A DNA stretch of 11,205 nucleotides, taken from assembly GCA_031960885.1 (NCBI GenBank), contig JAVRLY010000040.1, positions 1 through 11,205 on the forward strand, in the 5' to 3' direction. Positions 1 through 11,205 of this stretch are shown here, one piece after another (position 1 is the stretch's first letter; every line of letters starts with the position of its first letter). The DNA comes from Desulfurella sp. (lineage in GTDB: Bacteria; Campylobacterota_A; Desulfurellia; Desulfurellales; Desulfurellaceae). The position numbers were made by a program, and so were the translations under genes. Under the pieces are notes generated by a model. The model was not told where the DNA came from, did not search any database, and saw only the letters and a list, made by a program, of their open reading frames with translations.

Positions 1-733
1 TAGAGACAAGGGAGTTTATTGAAGATAAAGGAGCAACAAGTTTGTTTGCAAGAAGCATACCAATAAATGCCACAATGACAATTATGAGTATAACAATTAC
101 GCTTGAGACAATCATAGAATTAATAACGCCTTTATTAATGATGGATTTTTGTTGCTCTAAATCTTTATTTAATACGCTTAGGTAAAATCCCGTTCCCATA
201 ATAAAATCAAATGGCTTAAAGTACTTTATATAAGTGATTTTTTGATCGATTTTGCCAGTTGATGGATTTTTGAAATAGTACGTTACATACCCTTCGCCTT
301 TTGTCTTTGCAATATTGATAAATTCTCTAAAAATATACTTGCCTTGAGCATCTTTAAAGTCTAATACATTTTTTCCCACCAAAGACGGATCAGCTCTATC
401 AGACAATAGCGTGCCGTTAGAATTAAGCACGAATATATAGTTATTATCACCATACTTTACTTTGTCTATCCAGTTGATAGCTATATTTTGAGCTTGCTCT
501 AAACTAAGCTCACCATTTTGATATTTTTCATATGGTCTTAGAATCATTGAATAAACACTATCAATAATACTATTTAAGCTTTTTTTCTGATATTTTATTG
601 TAATATCTTTTGTCAGATGAAGCTCTTGCTTTTCAAGATTTAGATTCCAATAAGCTGCGTATATGCCAAACAAAATCACAAATATAACAACACTTGCTAC
701 GCCATAGCCAACCATCTTCGTTTTAAAACTCAT
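1..733 (-). CDS. Membrane receptor with TM1 - periplasmic sCache_2 - TM2 - start of HAMP; probably a methyl-accepting chemotaxis protein (partial, runs off left edge)
   Basis: Manually translated from ATG at 733, open to the window edge: MSFKTKMVGYGVASVVIFVILFGIYAAYW (TM1) ... KVKYGDNNYIFVLNSNGTLLSDRADPSLVGKNVLDFKDAQGKYIFREFINIAKTKGEGYVTYYFKNPSTGKIDQKITYIKYFKPFDFIMGTGFY (sCache_2 pattern) ... SMIVSSVIVILIIVIVAFIGMLLANKLVAPL (TM2 and HAMP entry). GGGGG SD-like run at 742-746. The output domain is outside the window, so MCP versus kinase or cyclase is unresolved. Confidence 0.88.
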   Translation of the reverse strand, partial: MSFKTKMVGYGVASVVIFVILFGIYAAYWNLNLEKQELHLTKDITIKYQKKSLNSIIDSVYSMILRPYEKYQNGELSLEQAQNIAINWIDKVKYGDNNYIFVLNSNGTLLSDRADPSLVGKNVLDFKDAQGKYIFREFINIAKTKGEGYVTYYFKNPSTGKIDQKITYIKYFKPFDFIMGTGFYLSVLNKDLEQQKSIINKGVINSMIVSSVIVILIIVIVAFIGMLLANKLVAPLSSINSLVS

Positions 734-762
734 CTACTCTACCCCCATTTAACTTTTGTCAT

Positions 763-791
763 ATTTTAGCAAAAAATTGTTTATTATTCAA
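763..791 (-). promoter_or_regulatory. Putative sigma70 promoter for the sCache_2 receptor gene
   Basis: Minus strand reads TTGAAT (791-786), 17 nt, TAAAAT (768-763), with TG forming an extended -10 (TGcTAAAAT). It lies in the only sizeable internal intergenic gap, about 30 nt upstream of the ATG at 733. Confidence 0.65.
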
Positions 792-1876
792 TCAAAACTT
801 AAATGCAAAGAAGTACTTGGCTTGTTAACCAACACAATAGGCTCAAACAGCACAAAATCTTGATGGAAGGGCACGCTAACCTTACCACCAAAAGATGAAT
901 TGTCGCCAAAAGCCATATGAATAGTTTTATAAATTTTTTCGGCTTCTAAAATGTTAAATGGATTTTTGGCCTTTGGGTTTGTGCCAATGCCGAGTTCTGC
1001 TACATTGGCAGCTAGTGGATGGTCTTTTATAATCTTTTCAAGCACCTTAGCGTAATTATCAATACCAATAATCTCTGATAACAAACCATTTTTTATAACA
1101 AATGCAAGCGGTTTTTCAAACTTGAATGTTGGCCCATATTCTGCTACAAAAAAGCCATTTGTCATACCTTCGTTTGGCGCAATAAACACCTCTCCAGCTG
1201 GCAGATTGCCAAAACTGCCGGGTTCGCCCAAAAAGCCATAATCCACATTAAAATTTCTGCCTTCAAGGTTAAATTCTATTTGTGTACCATTTTTAGCACT
1301 TACATTTATTGTTATAGCATCTTTTACAATTTCATACATTCGAAGCGTTTTGTCTTTTAACTCTTCAATATCAATAGCAAGCGGACCATAAAGCATTTCT
1401 TCTTCAAATAGTGGCATAGAGGCAAAACGCGCTTTAGCTATATTTGTAAGCAACTTTCTAAAAAACGTATGGCTTGTAGAGTAGTTTGATAGAGCAATTA
1501 CAACACCAACACTAGCGCCATACTCTAAAACTATCTCTTCAATAAATTTCTTTTGATCTTCGCTGAGTGTTTTGCTTTGCAATTGCTCTTTTAGATGCGA
1601 AAATTTGCTTGTTGTGTGCTTGCCAAATGCAATTTCCCATAACTGAAAAGGGGGCTCGCAAGCAGGCGCTTTTAGCGAAGGATACTCAAAATACATGGCT
1701 GTACTTAAATTTTTAGCCTCTTCGTAGAATAATTTTGCAATATTGACTAAATTTAAGCGTCTTTTGCGCTCTTCTTCGTTTACTTGTTCATTTAGTAAAT
1801 CAACAAATACTAAGCACCGCTCGTGTGGTTTTAAGCACATATTTTTTAGCAAAATATTTTTAATTATCTGTCTCAT
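788..1876 (-). CDS. Peptidase M29 (aminopeptidase T / thermophilic metalloprotease)-like metalloenzyme
   Basis: Motifs NLPAGEVFIAP, AELGIGTNP, LEAEK, IHMAFGDN and FHQD supply the Glu/Glu/Glu/His/His/Asp dinuclear metal ligand set of the M29 fold. Start overlaps the upstream gene by 17 nt. Confidence 0.8.
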   Translation of the reverse strand: MRQIIKNILLKNMCLKPHERCLVFVDLLNEQVNEEERKRRLNLVNIAKLFYEEAKNLSTAMYFEYPSLKAPACEPPFQLWEIAFGKHTTSKFSHLKEQLQSKTLSEDQKKFIEEIVLEYGASVGVVIALSNYSTSHTFFRKLLTNIAKARFASMPLFEEEMLYGPLAIDIEELKDKTLRMYEIVKDAITINVSAKNGTQIEFNLEGRNFNVDYGFLGEPGSFGNLPAGEVFIAPNEGMTNGFFVAEYGPTFKFEKPLAFVIKNGLLSEIIGIDNYAKVLEKIIKDHPLAANVAELGIGTNPKAKNPFNILEAEKIYKTIHMAFGDNSSFGGKVSVPFHQDFVLFEPIVLVNKPSTSLHLSFD

Positions 1877-2054
1877 CTTTGTATGTGCTTATACCTATTA
1901 CATCGTACAATGTGCATTTTTGTAAGATTGCTGTAGTTAAAACCATAACGCCAGGTATTATTAGGCGTTTTTTCTTAAATAGACCACACAATATTAGCCC
2001 AACACCCACAGCGTATCTAATTTTTTGATCTAAACCGCCAACGTTTTTTTTCAT
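1860..2054 (-). CDS. DUF2892 (YgaP-like transmembrane domain) small membrane protein
   Basis: MKKNVGGLDQKIRYAVG ... LTTAILQKCTLYDVIGIST matches the family pattern (NVGxxDRxxR ... CPxYxxxGIST). GGAGG SD at 2059-2063. ATGA overlap with the upstream stop. Confidence 0.85.
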   Translation of the reverse strand: MKKNVGGLDQKIRYAVGVGLILCGLFKKKRLIIPGVMVLTTAILQKCTLYDVIGISTYKDETDN

Positions 2055-2623
2055 AACGCCTCCATATTTTTTAATAAAAATAATGCTTTTTTTACATAAT
2101 GCAATAGCGCCAACACAGAAAAAACAAAAACAGCATACACAATAATTATAAAAATATAACTTTCATTTATTACAAGCAACTTGTTTAATAGTATGTACAA
2201 CAAAAGCATTATCTGAAAAAAAGTAGCCATTTTACCCACAATGGAGCTTTTTATAACATCTTTTCTATTGTACGTTAAAATTAATAAACTGCCGACTATT
2301 AGAATAGTATCTTTAAAAAATACGGTTATCCATAAAAATTGAGGTATTTGACCTTGTACTGTAAAAAGTAAAAATGCATAATTGATTAAAATTTTATCTG
2401 CAAGCGGGTCAAGAAGTCTGCCAATCAGCGTAGTCTGGTTTAGACTTCTTGCTAAAAATCCATCCAAAAAGTCCGTTATTGATGCGACAAGCAAAACAAA
2501 AAAAGCTTGTTTGTAATATTCATTGAGTAACAAATATATAGTAGGTGCAATAAGTATAATCCTAAAAAACGACAATGCGTTTGGCCAATTTATAATCTTT
2601 TCATTCAAGGGTTTATCTACCAT
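2051..2623 (-). CDS. CDP-alcohol phosphatidyltransferase family protein (PgsA / CMP-forming cardiolipin synthase-like)
   Basis: N-terminal NWPNALSFFR and signature DFLDGFLARSLNQTTLIGRLLDPLADK (DxxDGxxAR...GxxxDxxxD), with multiple hydrophobic helices. Exact substrate cannot be determined from sequence. Confidence 0.9.
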   Translation of the reverse strand: MVDKPLNEKIINWPNALSFFRIILIAPTIYLLLNEYYKQAFFVLLVASITDFLDGFLARSLNQTTLIGRLLDPLADKILINYAFLLFTVQGQIPQFLWITVFFKDTILIVGSLLILTYNRKDVIKSSIVGKMATFFQIMLLLYILLNKLLVINESYIFIIIVYAVFVFSVLALLHYVKKALFLLKNMEAL

Positions 2624-3257
2624 CTTGTGCGCTTGTATTTATAATCTTTAAAATCCTATTAAATCTAATCTTCCAATCATATATCGAAAAATATATAATA
2701 AATGGCTCTCCTGTTATATCGTAGCGCGGTACAAAACCCCAATATCTTGAATCATAAGAATTATCTCTATTGTCACCCATCATAAAATATTCATGCGGCG
2801 GCACTTTGACAGGTCCCCAATTGTCCCTTGAACCATACGGCGTTGTAATGCCCGGAATCTGCGTATTTCTTGGATAAATAATCGGACTTGAAAAATACGC
2901 GTAAGGTTCTTTAACGGGTTTGCCATTGATATAAACTTGCCTATTTATTATCTGAACCGTATCGCCAGGCACACCCATGCATCGTTTGATAAAATGAACG
3001 CTTTTGTCTGGCGGGTATCTGAAAACAACTATATCGCCAACTTTTGGATCTTTGCCTTTAATTAAAAATTTATCGGTAAAAGGTATCTTAATGCCGTAAG
3101 AAATCTTATTTACAAGTATATAATCACCGGGCAAAAGCGTAGGCTCCATCGAACCAGATGGAATCTTAAATGCTTCTACAAAAAATGTTCTAATAAAAAG
3201 CGCTATAACGAGAGCTATAAGTATCGATTTTGTCCAATCCCAAAATTTTTTTGACAT
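2613..3257 (-). CDS. lepB: Signal peptidase I
   Basis: Single N-terminal TM, catalytic Ser box IPSGSMEPTL, Lys box FIKR, and GDNRDNSYDSRYWG. Directly downstream of lepA. AAGGAG SD at 3263-3268. Confidence 0.97.
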   Translation of the reverse strand: MSKKFWDWTKSILIALVIALFIRTFFVEAFKIPSGSMEPTLLPGDYILVNKISYGIKIPFTDKFLIKGKDPKVGDIVVFRYPPDKSVHFIKRCMGVPGDTVQIINRQVYINGKPVKEPYAYFSSPIIYPRNTQIPGITTPYGSRDNWGPVKVPPHEYFMMGDNRDNSYDSRYWGFVPRYDITGEPFIIYFSIYDWKIRFNRILKIINTSAQDGR

Positions 3258-3266
3258 ACAAACTCC

Positions 3267-5066
3267 TTATTTTTTTGTTGGCTCTAAAAGTTTCATAAAA
3301 GCTTCTTTTGATATAGCAACTTTGCCTAATTGCTTTAATTTCTTTTTTCCTTCTTTTTGCTTTTCTAACAACTTTCTCTTGCGTGTTATATCACCACCAT
3401 AGCACTTTGCCAAGACATCCTTTCTTAGTGCTTTTATCTCTTCTTTTGCTATAATTTTACCACCAACCTTTGCCTGCAGTCTAATCTCAAATAGTTGCCT
3501 TGGCACAAATTCTTTTAGTTTGGCAAGAACTTCACGCGCTTGAGTGTAGGCTTTGTCTTTGTGAACAATTTGAGAAAAACTATCAATGGGGTCATTATTT
3601 ATCAAGATTATCATTTTAACCAAATCGGAGCGTTTATAATCTTCAAACTCATAATTAAACGAAGCATAACCTCTTGTAATAGATTTCAACGTATCGTAAA
3701 AATCCGTAATCGTTTCAGACAGCGGTAGACTATAAGTTATTAAACTTCTATTTTCTGACAAGTAACCTAAATTTTTTTGTATACCCCTTCTTTCTTGCAA
3801 TAAGCGCAACACGCTGCCAATGTATTCTGATGGTGTAATTACATCAATACTTACGTAAGGTTCCAAAATGGCTTTTATAAATTGAGGTTCAGGCAAGTCT
3901 TTTGGGTTTGAGACTTCAACTACACTCCCATCTGTTTTTTCTACTTTATATAAAACAGAAGGCAGGCTAACTACTATATCTAAGCCAAATTCTTCTTCTA
4001 AACGCTCTTTTGTAATATTCATGTGCAGCATACCCAAAAAGCCACATCTAAAACCAAAGCCTAAAGAATCACTTTTTTCTGTCTCAATTTCCAGACTAGA
4101 GTCATTAAGTTTAAGTTTTTCTAAACTATCCTTAAGGTCGTTGTATTTATCTGTATCTGTGGGATATATACCAGCATATACAAAAGGTTTCGCTTTTCTA
4201 AAACCTTTAAGAGCCTGCTTTGCCGGATTTAATGCAAGTGTAATGGTATCGCCAACAAGTACATCTTCAATATTTTTAATGCTAGAAATTAAAATCCCTA
4301 CTTCGCCAGCATAAAGGTTTTCTACATCTTTGGGTTTTGGCGTTAATACATTTAAGTCTTCTACTGTATACTCTTTTTTATTGGAAAAAATCATTATCCT
4401 ATCATTTTTCCTAATGCTACCTTCAAACACTCTAACAAGACACAATACGCCTCTATAATTATCATACCATGAATCCATTATAAGCGCTTTTAGCGTATCT
4501 TCATTATTGGCTTTAGGCGGTGGTATGTATTTAATGATTGCTTCCAATACGCTTTCTATGCCAATATCATTTTTGGCAGAAATCAATATTGCATTTGAAA
4601 CATCCAAGCCTAAACTTTCTATCTCGCTTTTTGTTTTTTCTATATCTGCTGTAGGCAAATCTATTTTATTTATAACAGGTATTATTTCTAAATCGTTTTC
4701 TAAAGCCAAATACAAGTTTGCAACCGTTTGAGCTTCCACACCTTGTGTGGCATCAACTACAAGCAACGCCCCTTCACAAGCTGATAAACTTTTTGAGACT
4801 TCGTAAGAAAAATCTGCATGACCGGGTGTATCTATCATATTAAGCTCGTACAAAACACCATTGTATGTATACTCCATTCTTACAGATTGGGCTTTTACCG
4901 TTATACCATGCCTGCGTTCTACTTCAAGATTGTCTAGTACTTGCTCTTTCATTTCCCTTTTATCAAGAGAACCTGTTTTTTCAATAAGCCTGTCAGCAAG
5001 CGTTGACTTGCCGTGGTCTATATGGGCTATAATAGAAAAATTTCTAATGTTTTGAGTACTTATCAT
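3267..5066 (-). CDS. lepA: Elongation factor 4 (LepA)
   Basis: IRNFSIIAHIDHGKSTLADR, DTPGH, NKID, LGFGFRCGFLGMLH and C-terminal RKDVLAKCYGGDITRKRKLLEKQKEGKK; 599 aa; classic lepA-lepB order. Confidence 0.98.
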   Translation of the reverse strand: MISTQNIRNFSIIAHIDHGKSTLADRLIEKTGSLDKREMKEQVLDNLEVERRHGITVKAQSVRMEYTYNGVLYELNMIDTPGHADFSYEVSKSLSACEGALLVVDATQGVEAQTVANLYLALENDLEIIPVINKIDLPTADIEKTKSEIESLGLDVSNAILISAKNDIGIESVLEAIIKYIPPPKANNEDTLKALIMDSWYDNYRGVLCLVRVFEGSIRKNDRIMIFSNKKEYTVEDLNVLTPKPKDVENLYAGEVGILISSIKNIEDVLVGDTITLALNPAKQALKGFRKAKPFVYAGIYPTDTDKYNDLKDSLEKLKLNDSSLEIETEKSDSLGFGFRCGFLGMLHMNITKERLEEEFGLDIVVSLPSVLYKVEKTDGSVVEVSNPKDLPEPQFIKAILEPYVSIDVITPSEYIGSVLRLLQERRGIQKNLGYLSENRSLITYSLPLSETITDFYDTLKSITRGYASFNYEFEDYKRSDLVKMIILINNDPIDSFSQIVHKDKAYTQAREVLAKLKEFVPRQLFEIRLQAKVGGKIIAKEEIKALRKDVLAKCYGGDITRKRKLLEKQKEGKKKLKQLGKVAISKEAFMKLLEPTKK

Positions 5067-5429
5067 ACACTTGTTTTTCCAATATGTAGGTCTTATACCT
5101 AATTTGTTTAGATAATAATGAACTTTTGCTATCTAAAAGCTTAAAAATCTCTTCTAAAACACGCAAAGATTCTTGAGCCCTTTTGAAGTTTGCACTAATT
5201 ATATCAAACACAGATGCCCTGCTTGATTCTTCTTTTAATGTAACGCTTGTTAATGTATCATTTTGCGTATCTCTATAAGCTATTGAATCATAGTGTTTTT
5301 GGGCAATTGAGCCAATCTCAAGCCTTATGCTTTTCGTATATGTCGCTAGCTCTGCGTCATCATACTCAAATCTCAATATATCTTCAATTACTCTAAGCGC
5401 TTCTTTTGAGCGGTTTAAATTGGCATCTA

Positions 5430-9404
<3,975 letters not shown>

Positions 9405-9421
<17 letters not shown>

Positions 9422-10262
9422 TGCTTTTCTCCTGGTAATAAACTTTTGCAATATTAACGGCTAAATCACGAACCCTTTTAATGTAGTTAGTGCGTTCTGA
9501 AACACTAATTGCGCTTCTTGCATCAAGCAAATTAAATACATGAGAACATTTTATACAATAATCATAGGCTGGCCTAATGAGTTTTGCTTTAATGCATCTG
9601 TTGGATTCAGCTTCAAACATATTAAAAAGCTCAAAAAGCATGTTTATATCTGCAAGTTCAAAATTGTATGTAGAATATTCCCATTCATCATGTTTGTGTA
9701 TATCACCATATGTAAGAGTATCGTTAAATTTCATATCAAAAACACTTTCAACGCCTTGTATATACATACCAAGTCGTTCTGTGCCATATGTAATCTCAAC
9801 TGGTATAAGTTTTAAATCTACACCACCAATCTGTTGAAAATATGTAAATTGTGTAACTTCCATTCCATCAAGCCACACTTCCCAACCAAGTCCCCATGCG
9901 CCAAGCGTGGGAGATTCCCAGTTATCCTCAACAAAACGTATATCATGTTTTTTAGTTTTTATACCTAAATACTCTAAACTCTCCAAATACATCTCCTGTA
10001 TGTTTTTAGGAGATGGTTTAATAATAACCTGATACTGGTAGTAATGTTGAAGTCTATTTGGATTTTCGCCGTATCTGCCATCTGTAGGTCTTCTTGAGGG
10101 GGCAGCATAGGCTACACTCCATGGTTTGTCATCTAAAGACTTCAATACCGTAGCAGGGTGAAATGTGCCTGCGCCCGCTTCTATATCGTAAGGTTGGAGT
10201 ATCACACAACCCTTTGATTTCCAAAACTCAGATAGCTTCAATGGTATATCTTGGTAATTCAT
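9405..10262 (-). CDS. glyQ: Glycine--tRNA ligase alpha subunit
   Basis: [55 protein letters not shown] and [20 protein letters not shown] overlaps the xth stop. Confidence 0.98.
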
Positions 10263-10271
10263 AGTATCACC

Positions 10272-11039
10272 TCAATCGTCAATTTGCAATAACAATGGTG
10301 CATGATCCGATGAACCACGTTTTGCACGCTCATTTGTATCCACTTCACACAATAGAGCCATTTTATAAATATCTTTAGTTGCTAATATATAATCTACCCT
10401 CATGCCTTTGTTTCTTAAAAATGAATTTGCCCTATAATCCCAAAAACTAAATATTTTTTCATTTTTGTGGAATTCACGACACACATCTATAAAACCTAAA
10501 TCCAATATAGCTTGCATGGCATTTCTTTCTGACTGCGTAAAACCTATTTGCTCACTCATCTGCTCGCTATTATAAACATCAAAGTCTGATAATGCAACAT
10601 TTAAATCACCCATAAGTATAATTCTACTTGTGCTTTTTAGCAAGGAAGCTAAATATTCTTTTAATTTGGACAAATAATCCAGTTTGTAAAAAAAATCACT
10701 TTCCCCAACTTTTTTCCCGTTTGGCACATACACATTTATGATTTTTATATTATTAATATCACAACCTATCATGCGCTTTTGATTTCTTATATCAAGCGCA
10801 AAACCCTTCTTTACGTTTTCAAGCTTGTATCTTGATGCTATTGCAACACCATTAAAACCTATTTCACCAAAGCTTTCCACATTGTAGCCCAAATCTCTAA
10901 AATTATTGTATGGAAATTTATCATCTGGAGCTTTGATTTCTTGCATACCGATTACATCTACATCTTTTTTTTTAAGCCATTCTAAAATCTGATCTAGTCT
11001 TACCCTGATAGAGTTCACATTCCATGTCGCTATTCTCAT
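10272..11039 (-). CDS. xth: Exodeoxyribonuclease III (class II AP endonuclease)
   Basis: MRIATWNVNSIR, QEIK, NGVAI, YVPNG, GDLNVA, FSFWDYR, GMRVDYIL and SDHAP. AAGGA SD 6 nt upstream. Confidence 0.96.
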   Translation of the reverse strand: MRIATWNVNSIRVRLDQILEWLKKKDVDVIGMQEIKAPDDKFPYNNFRDLGYNVESFGEIGFNGVAIASRYKLENVKKGFALDIRNQKRMIGCDINNIKIINVYVPNGKKVGESDFFYKLDYLSKLKEYLASLLKSTSRIILMGDLNVALSDFDVYNSEQMSEQIGFTQSERNAMQAILDLGFIDVCREFHKNEKIFSFWDYRANSFLRNKGMRVDYILATKDIYKMALLCEVDTNERAKRGSSDHAPLLLQIDD

Positions 11040-11064
11040 TATTTTTCCTTTCCGTATTTTTTAG

Positions 11065-11122
11065 AAAAATGCAACCTCGCTTTCGTGAACTTGCCACTTA
11101 GCATAAGTGCTTTTAGTTGCAC
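11065..11122 (-). other. Nested inverted-repeat structured element followed by a T5 tract, upstream of xth (terminator/attenuator-like or cis-regulatory RNA; family not recognised)
   Basis: Outer arms TGCAAC (11070-11075) and GTTGCA (11116-11121), inner perfect hairpin CACTTA-GCA-TAAGTG (11095-11109), and a second small hairpin around 11077-11088 (GAAA loop on the minus strand). TTTTT follows on the minus strand (11069-11065). Locally GC-richer than the flanks. Confidence 0.5.
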
Positions 11123-11138
11123 AAATCTAATACAGCAT

Positions 11139-11180
11139 ATATTAACTATAATGTAAATTTTTTCAACTATTGATTGTCAA
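11139..11180 (-). promoter_or_regulatory. Candidate sigma70 promoter region for the xth-glyQS gene run
   Basis: Minus strand has TTGAAA (11166-11161), 16 nt, TAATAT (11144-11139); also TTGACA (11180-11175), 19 nt, TACATT. The context is AT-rich, so chance matches are likely. Confidence 0.35.
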
Positions 11181-11205
11181 AACTCTAACAGACGTTTTTG
11201 AAAAA

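Noticed and set aside
11070..11121. c-di-GMP-I, TPP or guanidine-II riboswitch, or hammerhead ribozyme, as identity of the leader structure
   Set aside because: GGCAA...GAAA resembles c-di-GMP-I P2, but the following GACGCAAAGC and P3 are absent. There is no CUGAGA (TPP), no pair of well-formed ACGR-capped hairpins, and no CUGANGA core.
11040..11205. T-box riboswitch for glyQS
   Set aside because: No GGTGGNACCGCG T-box sequence or stem I AG/GNTG motifs. AAGTGGCAAG is only a superficial match, and xth lies between the leader and glyQ.

Overview
AT-rich bacterial chromosomal window (roughly one-third GC by eye; possibly Campylobacterota/Desulfurellaceae-like, which is only an inference). All credible genes are on the minus strand. 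Read right to left, there is a very tightly packed run of 11 genes: xth, glyQ, glyS, guaB, a secreted single-HKD phospholipase D/Nuc-like protein, stand-alone ThiD2, lepA, lepB, a CDP-alcohol phosphatidyltransferase, a DUF2892 small membrane protein and an M29-like metallopeptidase. After a 54-nt gap with a good sigma70 promoter comes the 5' part of a TM-sCache_2-TM receptor (probably an MCP) that runs off the left edge and is missing from the ORF track. This is mainly housekeeping DNA: I see no mobile element, CRISPR array, tRNA or rRNA, and no clear multi-gene novel system. The most interesting points are (i) an unexplained structured element with alternative pairings and a U-tract upstream of xth, (ii) a His-to-Asp (TlpB-like) ligand pocket in the sCache_2 receptor, (iii) the PLD gene's RBS, start and signal-peptide N-region written inside the conserved guaB tail, (iv) a LepA with a non-canonical switch I, and (v) an orphan ThiD2.
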